Source: Candidatus Aminicenantes bacterium (lineage in GTDB: Bacteria; Acidobacteriota; Aminicenantia; Aminicenantales; Aminicenantaceae). Taken from it: 64,000 bases of DNA. Below the pieces are notes generated by a model. It did not search any database, was not told where the DNA came from, and worked only from the letters and a program-made list of their open reading frames with translations. The stretch covers positions 8,427-72,426 of the forward strand of contig JADHWO010000003.1 in NCBI GenBank assembly GCA_016783445.1. Direction: 5' to 3'. Below are positions 8,819 to 16,987 of this stretch, one piece after another. How positions within the stretch are numbered: the first letter of the stretch is position 1; each line of letters begins with the position of its first letter. The position numbers and the translations under genes were made by a program.

Positions 8819-9155
8819 TTTCCTGGGGTTCATAAACCTTTTTAAAGTTTTCAAAATTGGATTTTATGTAACTATTCCTAGGGCTTAGCTTTAAGGCTAT
8901 TTCATATTCTTTTTTTGCCTCCTCCAGGAGCCCTTTATTTTCATATGCAACTGCTAAGTTGTTGTGGGCTGCAGCAGATCCGGGGTTGGAATCGATTGCT
9001 TTTTTCCATCGAAAAATCGCTTCATCCCATAGTCCTTTATGTGCTGCCTGGATGCCAAAACGGATTTGATTATTTAAGACCGGCCGGCTGCAGCTAATTA
9101 AAACGATAGAGATCAAAAAGAGAATAAAAAGATAACCTGTAAATTTTCTATACAT
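8799..9155 (-). CDS. Small TPR-repeat lipoprotein
   Basis: 118 aa. Signal peptide plus lipobox LISCS. AAHNNLAVAYENKGLLEEAKKEYEIALKL TPR motifs. First gene of the minus-strand operon. Confidence 0.55.
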   Translation of the reverse strand: MYRKFTGYLFILFLISIVLISCSRPVLNNQIRFGIQAAHKGLWDEAIFRWKKAIDSNPGSAAAHNNLAVAYENKGLLEEAKKEYEIALKLSPRNSYIKSNFENFKKVYEPQENEKKDK

Positions 9156-9273
9156 TTTAGACCTATATAATTTAAATTACTGCTTTTTTTATACGTCGTC
9201 AAGAGAACATTAAGAATATGCAAAGTTCATGCCAAATTAAACATGAGGAAACCAGAGAAAAAAAGAACTTTGT

Positions 9274-9301
9274 TGTCATAAAAAGATGACACTTGTATAA
9301 T
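9274..9301 (+). promoter_or_regulatory. Candidate sigma70 promoter for folD with an inverted repeat overlapping the -35
   Basis: TTGTCA (9274-9279), 16-nt spacer, TATAAT (9296-9301). TGTCAT-N6-ATGACA palindrome at 9275-9292. Confidence 0.35.
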
Positions 9302-9329
9302 GGATTAAGAATTACTGAAGGAGAATAAT

Positions 9330-10247
9330 ATGGGCAGCTGGCTGGAAGGAAAAACCCTGGCAAACAAGATAAAAGAAGAAGTCAAAGATGAAGTAGCTAG
9401 CTATTTGAAGACCATTGGGCAAGTTCCTGGTTTAGTGGGGATACGAGTAGGAGAAGACAGGGCATCTAAGGTTTATTTGCGGACAAAAGAGAGGGCGTGT
9501 GAAAAACTGGGAATCCATTCAGAAATTTTGAATTTCCCTGAAGATATAAGTGTTTCTTTATTGAAGTCTAAAATTGAGCAATTAAGCAGCAGGGAAGATG
9601 TGGATGGGATATTGATCCAGCTCCCTTTGCCGTCCTCGTTCGATTCCCATGAGATAATCACCTCCATGCCTCCAGAAAAGGATGTGGACGGCTTTCATCC
9701 ATTTAATTTAGGAAATTTGCTGTTGAAAAAGGATGGGGTAAAACCGTGCACTCCCCTTGGAATAATAGAATTGTTAAAATTTCGAGATATCTCAATTGAA
9801 GGAAAAAGGGTGGTTATTATAGGAAGAAGCATTATGGTAGGGAAGCCATTGGCCGCAATGATGACAAATGAAAACGGAACAGTAACTACATGTCATACCA
9901 GGACAAAAAACCTTCCTCAGGTAGCCTCGGAAGCAGACATTCTTGTTGCTGCAATAGGCCGTGGAACCTTTATAACTCCAGAATTTGTAAAACCAGGAGC
10001 TGTTGTTATAGACGTGGGAATTGATTCTCTTTCTGACAAGTCAAAAGTGGAAGAGTTATTTGGGAAGGACAAAAAGAGGCAAGAAGATCTCGAGAAAAAA
10101 GGGTATACGATTATCGGGGATGTCCATCCTCAGGTTATCGAGAAGGCTGAATATTTAACTCCGGTACCAGGAGGGGTTGGACTGCTTACTGTTGCAATGC
10201 TTATGAAAAATACTCTGGAAGCCTTCAAGCGAAGACGGGATCTTTAA
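9330..10247 (+). CDS. folD: Bifunctional methylenetetrahydrofolate dehydrogenase/cyclohydrolase
   Basis: 305 aa. FolD N- and C-domain motifs (LVGIRVGED, ILIQLPLP, Rossmann GRSIMVGKP). Carries a ~35-aa insertion near the C-terminus. Confidence 0.9.
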   Translation: MGSWLEGKTLANKIKEEVKDEVASYLKTIGQVPGLVGIRVGEDRASKVYLRTKERACEKLGIHSEILNFPEDISVSLLKSKIEQLSSREDVDGILIQLPLPSSFDSHEIITSMPPEKDVDGFHPFNLGNLLLKKDGVKPCTPLGIIELLKFRDISIEGKRVVIIGRSIMVGKPLAAMMTNENGTVTTCHTRTKNLPQVASEADILVAAIGRGTFITPEFVKPGAVVIDVGIDSLSDKSKVEELFGKDKKRQEDLEKKGYTIIGDVHPQVIEKAEYLTPVPGGVGLLTVAMLMKNTLEAFKRRRDL

Positions 10248-10333
10248 TAAAAAACTTAAGCCCACTCAAAAAGAAATAGTTTGGATTTTTTTGGGAGATA
10301 TGTTATAAATTGTTACTTTAAAAGAGAAGAAAA

Positions 10334-10525
10334 ATGCCGAAAGTCTGTGCAATTTGTGGAAAAGGACCTCTGTTTGGACAAAGCGTGAGTCATTCTCACA
10401 AGGCTTCAAAGAAGAAATGGAAGCCAAATTTGCAGCATGTTAGAGCGCAAACTAAATCAGGTGTCAAGCGGATTTGGGTTTGTACCAGGTGTCTCCGTTC
10501 CGGTAAAGTGACAAAAGTCATATAA
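10334..10525 (+). CDS. rpmB: 50S ribosomal protein L28
   Basis: 63 aa, MPKVCAICGKGPLFGQSVSHSHKASKKKWKPNLQ..., a full-length L28 signature. Confidence 0.9.
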   Translation: MPKVCAICGKGPLFGQSVSHSHKASKKKWKPNLQHVRAQTKSGVKRIWVCTRCLRSGKVTKVI

Positions 10526-10531
10526 TCCTCT

Positions 10532-12670
10532 TCAAATTCTTTCAACAGAATTAATTTCTTTTATAACCAATAATTTTTTCATAATTGCCTCAAGATGTTT
10601 TATGTCTCGAATGATCACAACCAGCTTAAAGCGTGCTGACTTGTCTGTAAAAGTCGTCACTTCAGCTTTTGTAATATTTCCATTGAGCTGGGCAATAGCA
10701 GAGGCAAGTTTGGCCAGGACTCCAGGAGAATCTTCCCCCTTGATCAGGAGAGTTCCTTTATAGCTGTCTTTCGGAGTGTCCTCCCACGAGACCTCAACCA
10801 TACGATTGTTGTCAAGAATTTCCTTTGCGACCAGGGGGCACCGCAGGGAATGCACTGTGACTCCTTTTCCTGAGGTTATATATCCTATGGAGGGTTCTCC
10901 CCTTATAGGGGAACAGCATTTGCCCAGCCTTACTCCTTTGACTTGAATAACAGGCTTTGGCTTTTTTGCTACCTTGGTGACAACTTTTTTTAGGAAAGTT
11001 TCTTTTTTCTTTATAATTTTTTCGGAGGGGAAGAGTTTTTCCATGAATTTATTATCAAGGACGATTTTTCCAAAGCCTATAAAAGCATAAAAGTCTTCCA
11101 TTTTTTTGATCCGGAAGTTTGTTACAGAAGAAAGGCTTTTAAGAAAGGCTCCCTTTTTCAACCGCTCAGAGGGGACCTTATATTTCTTAATCTCTTTTTC
11201 CCAGAGTTTTTTCCCGATGGTTGTATTTTTAATTTTATCCTGTAAGTTAAGCCAGCGTTTAATAGTGTGACGCGCAGAAGAAGTGAAAACGATATTTAAC
11301 CAGTCCCTGCCGGGAGTTTTTTCAGGAGAGGTAAAAATCTCAACGATATCTCCTGTTTTCAAGATTGTTTTTAATAGTGCGGTCCTCCCGTTGATTTTTG
11401 CGGAAGAGCAATGTAAGCCGATCTCGGAATGAATCTTAAAGGCAAAATCCAAGGCAGAGGCTCCAAGAGGAAGAGTTATAACCTTTCCCTTAGGTGTAAA
11501 AACATAAACTTCTTCGGGAATAAGGTCTGTTTTTAGGCTTTTAAGGAATTCCCTGGGGCTTTTTTGCTCCTTGTACAGATCGACCATTTCTCTAAGCCAG
11601 TGTAGTCTTTTGTCTTCTTTCATGAGGTGGCGGGTGTCCGCTTCCTTGTATTTCCAGTGGGCGGCAATTCCGTTTTCAGCCAGATTATGCATATCATGTG
11701 TTCGGACTTGAATTTCAACTGTTTGTTTTTTCTCAGTAATGATTGTTGTATGGAGAGATTGATAAAGATTAGGCTTGGGCATAGCGATGAAATCCCGGAA
11801 GCGGTGAGGAAGAGGAGGCCATTTCTGGTGAATTATTCCTAGGGCAGTATAACAATTTCTCACAGAATTAACGACCAACCTTAAAGCCATGAAGTCATAG
11901 ACTTGGTCAAACCCTGTATTCTGTACTGTCATTTTATTGTAGACACTATAAAGTCGTTTTATTCGATAGGTGATTTCTGCGGGGATATTATTTTCTTTCA
12001 TTAAATTTTCCAGTTCATTTTTTGTTTTCTTGAGCGCCTTTTCTGCTTTTTTTCTTTGGGGTTCAACCAAAGAGGCTACCTTGAAGTAATCAATTGGATC
12101 TACATAGCGGAAGGAAAGATCTTCCAATTCAGCCTGTATCCTTCCCATGCCGAGCCTGTTCGCAATAGGGGCATAAATATCAAGGGTTTCCTTCGCAACC
12201 TGTTTTTGTTTGTCTTCGGGCAGAAATTTAAGCGTTTTCAAATTATGAATCCTGTCAGCTAATTTAATAAAGATGACTCTTAAATCGTCAGTCATCGCAA
12301 TGATTATTTTCCTGATGCTTTCTGCCTGCCTTGTTTCTGGTGAGGACTCCTGGACCCGACTGATTTTAGTAACCCCCTCAACCAGGTGAGTGATTTCTTT
12401 GCCAAAAGTATCCATAAGCTCAACCGCCGTTATTTCAGTGTCTTCTAAAACATCGTGGAGGAGACCGGCTGCTAGAGTTGTTATGTCTAATTTCATATCT
12501 GACAGCATGGCGGCAACTTCCAAGGAATGGCTCAAATAAGGCTCTCCGGAGCGTCTTGTTTGTCCTTTGTGAGCTTGTGCTGCAAAGACATAAGCTTTTT
12601 TAAGAAGAGTTATGTCTTTTTCGTCAAAAGACGAAGAAACCTTTTCTAAAATATCATCAAATCTAATCAT
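10532..12670 (-). CDS. rel: Bifunctional (p)ppGpp synthetase/hydrolase (Rel/SpoT family)
   Basis: 712 aa. HD hydrolase motif (HDVLEDT), RelA/SpoT synthetase domain, and TGS and ACT-like C-terminal domains. Confidence 0.9.
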   Translation of the reverse strand: MIRFDDILEKVSSSFDEKDITLLKKAYVFAAQAHKGQTRRSGEPYLSHSLEVAAMLSDMKLDITTLAAGLLHDVLEDTEITAVELMDTFGKEITHLVEGVTKISRVQESSPETRQAESIRKIIIAMTDDLRVIFIKLADRIHNLKTLKFLPEDKQKQVAKETLDIYAPIANRLGMGRIQAELEDLSFRYVDPIDYFKVASLVEPQRKKAEKALKKTKNELENLMKENNIPAEITYRIKRLYSVYNKMTVQNTGFDQVYDFMALRLVVNSVRNCYTALGIIHQKWPPLPHRFRDFIAMPKPNLYQSLHTTIITEKKQTVEIQVRTHDMHNLAENGIAAHWKYKEADTRHLMKEDKRLHWLREMVDLYKEQKSPREFLKSLKTDLIPEEVYVFTPKGKVITLPLGASALDFAFKIHSEIGLHCSSAKINGRTALLKTILKTGDIVEIFTSPEKTPGRDWLNIVFTSSARHTIKRWLNLQDKIKNTTIGKKLWEKEIKKYKVPSERLKKGAFLKSLSSVTNFRIKKMEDFYAFIGFGKIVLDNKFMEKLFPSEKIIKKKETFLKKVVTKVAKKPKPVIQVKGVRLGKCCSPIRGEPSIGYITSGKGVTVHSLRCPLVAKEILDNNRMVEVSWEDTPKDSYKGTLLIKGEDSPGVLAKLASAIAQLNGNITKAEVTTFTDKSARFKLVVIIRDIKHLEAIMKKLLVIKEINSVERI

Positions 12671-12703
12671 TATCGTAAATTACCGGCTTTCCAAGGAAAA
12701 CGA

Positions 12704-13297
12704 TCACTTTATATCAGGATTATTATATTTTTCCCTTTGAAGAATCCAGCTTACAGCATCAAGCAGTGTTTGCGCTATATAAGCGGGCTCTATGCCTTTT
12801 TCCTTGAGCTTTGGAAGGGACTCTTGACCAAATCCTGTAAGGCAAAGAATTGGCTTAGCTTTAATATTTAAGCCAAAGATAATATCTTCTACTTTATCTC
12901 CTACCATATAGGAATTCTTAACATCAATATTGAGTTCTTCCGCTGCTTGAAGGCCCATCCCCGGATTGGGCTTGCGGCATAAACAGTCTTTTTTGTATTG
13001 AGGCTTGGGGGAGAAAAGATAATGGGGGCAGTAATAAATTCTGTCAAAATGAGCGTTATGTTTTGAAAAAGAAAGTTGCAGTTTATTGTGGATGTCTTGA
13101 AGATTTTCTTCAACGATGAGGCCACGTCCTACTCCGGACTGGTTAGTTACGATTACGGCTAAGAGCCCGGCCTCATTAATTTTCCTTACAGCTTCGAAGC
13201 TATAGGGAAAGATTTCTATTGAGCTAAAAGTAGCAGGATAGCCCACGTCTTTGTTGATTGTTCCGTCTCTATCGAGGAAAACAGCTCTTTTTTTCAT
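12704..13297 (-). CDS. gmhB: D,D-heptose 1,7-bisphosphate phosphatase (HAD family)
   Basis: Likely start is MKKRAVFLDRDGTIN (HAD motif I). ATGA overlap with the upstream waaF stop. The zinc-binding C...C...C pattern typical of GmhB is present. Confidence 0.7.
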   Translation of the reverse strand: MKKRAVFLDRDGTINKDVGYPATFSSIEIFPYSFEAVRKINEAGLLAVIVTNQSGVGRGLIVEENLQDIHNKLQLSFSKHNAHFDRIYYCPHYLFSPKPQYKKDCLCRKPNPGMGLQAAEELNIDVKNSYMVGDKVEDIIFGLNIKAKPILCLTGFGQESLPKLKEKGIEPAYIAQTLLDAVSWILQREKYNNPDIK

Positions 13298-14298
13298 TTT
13301 AGAAAATTTATACAAGCTTCGAAGACTTCTTCTGGATCGATAGCTAACATACACCTGTGATCAAATGGGCATTCTCTGTAGCTGCAGGGCCAGCAGGTTA
13401 CTTCTTTTTTAATTACTACAGATGGCTCTTGGAAGGGACCTGTGATAATCGGGTCAGTCGGGCCAAAAACAGCTGCGACGGGTGTTTTAAGAGCATTTGC
13501 CATGTGCATGGGACCTGAGTCGTTTGTGATGAAAAGATCAGCGTGGCTGATAAGACCTGCAAGCTGGCGGAGGCTCGTCTTTCCTGCCAGGCTGATTGGT
13601 TTCTTGGGCATCTCTGAGGCGATGGATTCAGCCAGCCTGGCTTCATCTTGATAGCCGACAATAAGGATGTTCGCTTTCTTTTTTTTCTGGAGCAGAGTAG
13701 CGAGCCTTGCGAATTTTTCAGCAGGCCATCTTTTGGAGGGCCCATAAGAGGCGCCTGGGCTGAGGATAATAAGAGGTTGGTTGAAGTCCACATATAAAGA
13801 GAGAAGCATTTCTTTTGCTTTTGTCTTTTCTTCTTGAGATAAGGAAAAAAATAAGTGTGGAGGAGAAGCTTTTAAGCCCAGTCCGGTAATAAGGTTCATG
13901 TAATAATTTGCCTGGTGGGAACCGCCTTCTTCTCTTTTTGAAACAATCCCTTTTGTCAAAAGGAGTCTGCGTCCATCCCTCGAATATCCCCATCTTTGCG
14001 GAATCTTGGCAAGATAGAAAAGAAGGGCTGAAGAGAAAGAATTTGTGAAAAGAACTCCTGTAGAAAAGCGCAACTTTTTTATTTGTTGTGCTGAATTTAT
14101 CAAGCTTTTAATGCCATTTGTTGCTGGTAGAGGAATAATCCCTTTAATAAAATCACATGAGGAAAAAAGATCTTTTACCCAGTTTTTAGCAGCTATCCAT
14201 ATTTGAGCCTGGGGGAAGTTTTTACTTAAGCTCTCTATGGCGGATGTAGCAAGGATGGAATCCCCTATCCAGTTTGGCGCTCGCACAATGATTTTCAT
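13294..14298 (-). CDS. waaF: ADP-heptose:LPS heptosyltransferase (glycosyltransferase family 9)
   Basis: MKIIVRAPNWIGDSILATSAIESL... is a GT9 signature. Coupled to gmhB. The likely start is the internal M at 14298. Confidence 0.7.
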   Translation of the reverse strand: MKIIVRAPNWIGDSILATSAIESLSKNFPQAQIWIAAKNWVKDLFSSCDFIKGIIPLPATNGIKSLINSAQQIKKLRFSTGVLFTNSFSSALLFYLAKIPQRWGYSRDGRRLLLTKGIVSKREEGGSHQANYYMNLITGLGLKASPPHLFFSLSQEEKTKAKEMLLSLYVDFNQPLIILSPGASYGPSKRWPAEKFARLATLLQKKKKANILIVGYQDEARLAESIASEMPKKPISLAGKTSLRQLAGLISHADLFITNDSGPMHMANALKTPVAAVFGPTDPIITGPFQEPSVVIKKEVTCWPCSYRECPFDHRCMLAIDPEEVFEACINFLK

Positions 14299-14388
14299 AA
14301 GCTCAATTTTATTCCCAAAAGGCTTTCTTGTCAAAAAGTACAGGGCTTCACTTTGTAAAGGTGTAAAAAAGTAGACTGTCCCCCTTTT

Positions 14389-14670
14389 TTAATCAGAACT
14401 AGGTGTAGAATTGCTGTTCTTTTGTCTAACGGGGTCTTTTTTTTTGTTTTTAGGTTTTTCTTTGGCCTTTCCTTCTTTTTCTGGCTTTTTCTTTCGGGCG
14501 TAATCGGTGACGTACCAGCCGCTGCCTTTAAATTGAAGGGCTGAAGGAGAGATGACTTTTTTTAAGAGACCGCCGCATTCCGGGCATTTCTCTAAGAGCG
14601 GATCATTTAATTTCTGCAAATTTTCAAGAATTGAGCCACATTTTTTGCATTTGTATTCATAGATTGGCAT
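14389..14670 (-). CDS. FmdB-family putative regulatory zinc-ribbon protein
   Basis: MPIYEYKCKKCGS...CPECGG is a CxxC-X-CxxC zinc ribbon. It has a Lys-rich tail. The longer tracked ORF (to 14838) runs into the repeat element and is rejected. Confidence 0.6.
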   Translation of the reverse strand: MPIYEYKCKKCGSILENLQKLNDPLLEKCPECGGLLKKVISPSALQFKGSGWYVTDYARKKKPEKEGKAKEKPKNKKKDPVRQKNSNSTPSSD

Positions 14671-14752
14671 TTTTAACCTGCTAAAGAAATGCTGAAAAAA
14701 ATGAATGTATAGTATAACAGAGAGCAACGATAAATTAAAAGCTTCCTTGTCA

Positions 14753-14944
14753 GTATCCTTATTTCCGTGACAATTTCTTTGGAAGTCAGGCAATCTGGTT
14801 AGGAAGCCATCCGGAGGCGAGCGGGCATGGCTCCTCAAAGAGGAGAGCGAGCCGAGGAATAAGTGGATTTTCCTCGCTGGGGAAAATACACGGGCTGACG
14901 AATCAGTTTGCCTGACTGTTTCTTTATCACGGAAATAAAGATGT
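14753..14944. repeat. MITE-like inverted-repeat element, copy 1 (carries an extra ~27-nt internal segment)
   Basis: ~85% identical to 16446-16611. Imperfect 18-bp terminal inverted repeats gtatccttatttccgtga / tcacggaaataaagatgt. Internal 10-11 bp palindrome. Confidence 0.55.
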
Positions 14945-14959
14945 TTTACTTAGGTAAGA

Positions 14960-16390
14960 TTAATGAAAAACAATAGCTTCAAATATATAAATATCAGCTC
15001 CTGATTTCCAGGCGTTCCGTGGCAAACCTGCTTTTAAGCATGCCTGCTGGAGGAATTCTTCCTTTGACCAGAGATTTTCAACTGGGACTTGTGGCAAAAG
15101 GAGCCCCTTTTTATCTCCTTTGGAGATAAAAAGGCCATGTTTTCCGACTGTAATTAGACTGGGATCACGAATTTTTTTGAGGGGGGAAAGAACTGAAATT
15201 TCAACTTCAATATCTTTGAGTTCTTTGGCAGAAACAGGAGGAAATCTAGGGTCTTTACATGCGGCGTAAATGGAGGCTTGAATAACCGTTTGGTAAAGAG
15301 GCAACGCGGCCTCTGTGAATCCTATACAGCCTCTAAGCCGACCTTTTTTTTTGAGGGTCACAAAGGCTCCCATTTTGGAATATAAATCGGGGCTTTCAGG
15401 CCTGTAATTGATGACCTTATTCTTCTGGACAAACTGAGTAATGGAAAATCGGGCCAGCTGGAGAAGTTCTTTTTTTTCTTCTGGAGAAAGGCTGAATTTG
15501 GATTGGGATGATCCAGGATAGATGGCGGCTGAGAGATATCCTACAACTCTAGATTCCGAAGAACCAAAATCTGATGAATCGGCATAGTGTAGGATCTCGA
15601 TTTTTGTGTCTCCTCTCTTTTGAGCATACAGCAGAGTAGAGACAACGGGACCTCCGCCGCACATAATGTTTTCGCCCTGTTCTAGCATTCGGATGAGAAC
15701 GGAAGTGTTAAAAGACTGAATGTGTGAGATTGTCCTGGAATCAATGTCATTGGCTCTTTTTTTTGGAAGGAAATGAGACATGTCTGTTGATGCAATGACC
15801 AGAGCTTTTTTTCCGGGAAGAACTGTTGCTAAAGCATTAGCCAGGGTTGTGATGGTCTCTTTTGATGTAATGCCCATGACAATGGGGACTATTTTTACTT
15901 GGGGAAGAAGTTTTTGGATGAACGGGATTTGGACCTCCACTGAATGTTCTTCCCTATGAGCTTGAGATATATATTTAAAACCCGAAACCTTTGATAGTTC
16001 TGATGCTAAGGATTCATCAATTTTTGCTATCCCCAGAGGTGTTTCATATCCTCCTCGTGGATAAATGGAACAACCGTTAAAACGGAGCCGATGAGAGGGT
16101 CCGATAACAACAACTGTATCATAATCTCTTCCTTGGATTAAACGATATGCAGAGGCAGCGACCTGTCCAGAATAAGCATATCCGGCATGAGGAGCAATCA
16201 GCGCAACAATATTTTCAGAAGAAGGGGATGTTTTTGCGTTTTGGAGGAAGCTGTCTATTTGTCGAGAGAGAGTCTCCGCGTTTTTTGTGTAAAACATCCC
16301 TGCTACAACAGGTTTCCTTATTTCTTGTGATAGGGAGAAAGAGAAACAAAGAGAAAGCAATAAGAGGATGAGCAGGGCCTTTTTTCCCAT
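14960..16390 (-). CDS. Fusion protein with an N-terminal Memo-like domain (AmmeMemoRadiSam protein B) and a C-terminal AMMECR1 domain, preceded by a signal peptide
   Basis: MGKKALLILLLLSLCFSFSLSQE signal. IAPHAGYAYSG Memo motif. C-terminal ...LRGCIGF...RDPRFPPV...LLPQVP AMMECR1 motifs. Confidence 0.7.
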   Translation of the reverse strand: MGKKALLILLLLSLCFSFSLSQEIRKPVVAGMFYTKNAETLSRQIDSFLQNAKTSPSSENIVALIAPHAGYAYSGQVAASAYRLIQGRDYDTVVVIGPSHRLRFNGCSIYPRGGYETPLGIAKIDESLASELSKVSGFKYISQAHREEHSVEVQIPFIQKLLPQVKIVPIVMGITSKETITTLANALATVLPGKKALVIASTDMSHFLPKKRANDIDSRTISHIQSFNTSVLIRMLEQGENIMCGGGPVVSTLLYAQKRGDTKIEILHYADSSDFGSSESRVVGYLSAAIYPGSSQSKFSLSPEEKKELLQLARFSITQFVQKNKVINYRPESPDLYSKMGAFVTLKKKGRLRGCIGFTEAALPLYQTVIQASIYAACKDPRFPPVSAKELKDIEVEISVLSPLKKIRDPSLITVGKHGLFISKGDKKGLLLPQVPVENLWSKEEFLQQACLKAGLPRNAWKSGADIYIFEAIVFH

Positions 16391-16445
16391 TTTTCTTTGT
16401 TATATTCTATGGTTGATATATAGAAAAATCAAGCGTCGGAGGTAA

Positions 16446-16611
16446 GCATTCTTATTTACGTGACAATTTCTTTGGAAGCCAGGCAATCTGGTTAGGAAGC
16501 CATCCGGAGGAGAGCGAGCCGAGGAATAAGTGTATTTTCCCCGCTGGGGAAAATACATGGGCTGACGAATCAGTTTGCCTGACTGTTTCTTTATCACGGA
16601 AATAAGAATGC
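16446..16611. repeat. MITE-like inverted-repeat element, copy 2
   Basis: 18-bp terminal inverted repeats gcattcttatttacgtga / tcacggaaataagaatgc (1 mismatch). Internal perfect hairpin gtattttcccc-gct-ggggaaaatac. Confidence 0.6.
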
Positions 16612-16697
16612 TTCCGTGTCGGAGAAGACTTTAAAATAGAACCTTCAAATTGTTGACTTTTTTTGTGTTTTAGATAAAATTTGAGAAGAAGGTCATA

Positions 16698-16817
16698 ATG
16701 AACAATATTTTCAAATCTTTTCTCCTTCTTCTTGCAGCCTCTTCTGCTTTCTTGATTGGCTATTATTTAGGGAACGAGAAAGTGAAGTCAAAAGTTCCTG
16801 ATTTCCAGGAAGATTAA
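16698..16817 (+). CDS. Possible 39-aa single-TM small protein
   Basis: ATG preceded by gaagaagg. MNNIFKSFLLLLAASSAFLIGYYLGNEKVKSKVPDFQED. Not in the >=60-aa ORF track, so speculative. Confidence 0.2.
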   Translation: MNNIFKSFLLLLAASSAFLIGYYLGNEKVKSKVPDFQED

Positions 16818-16896
16818 GAGAAAGACAAAAAATTCGGGGACCGATAAATTTCCCTCTATTTTTTCCAAAGCAGTTTATTTCCTGTTTGTCCTTTCA

Positions 16897-16925
16897 TTGA
16901 CTAATTAAAAAGTCAGTCATATAAT
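16897..16925 (+). promoter_or_regulatory. Candidate sigma70 promoter for the 16988-19030 operon
   Basis: TTGACT (16897-16902), 17-nt spacer, TATAAT (16920-16925). TGACT...AGTCA inverted repeat around an aaaaag core. Confidence 0.4.
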
Positions 16926-16987
16926 GAATTTGAAAATAATTTTAAGCCTCTATTTGAGTCAAGCTCTTTTTTATTCTGAGGAAAAAG

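Noticed and set aside
10526-10531. Convergent rpmB and rel stops only 6 nt apart with no terminator hairpin
   Set aside because: Noted as unusual, but tight convergent ends are common in compact genomes. There is nothing to annotate.
13416-13993. Minus and plus strand ORFs (69-125 aa) within waaF
   Set aside because: Alternative frames of the heptosyltransferase gene. Arg/Ser/Leu-rich, with no independent support.
14671-14838. N-terminal extension of the FmdB ORF (MRSHARSPPDGFLTRLPDFQRNCH...) and the similar 65-aa ORF at 16400-16597
   Set aside because: The shared peptide is only a consequence of both ORFs reading through the two copies of the MITE-like DNA repeat. The real FmdB start is the internal MPIYEYKCKKCGS with the conserved zinc ribbon.
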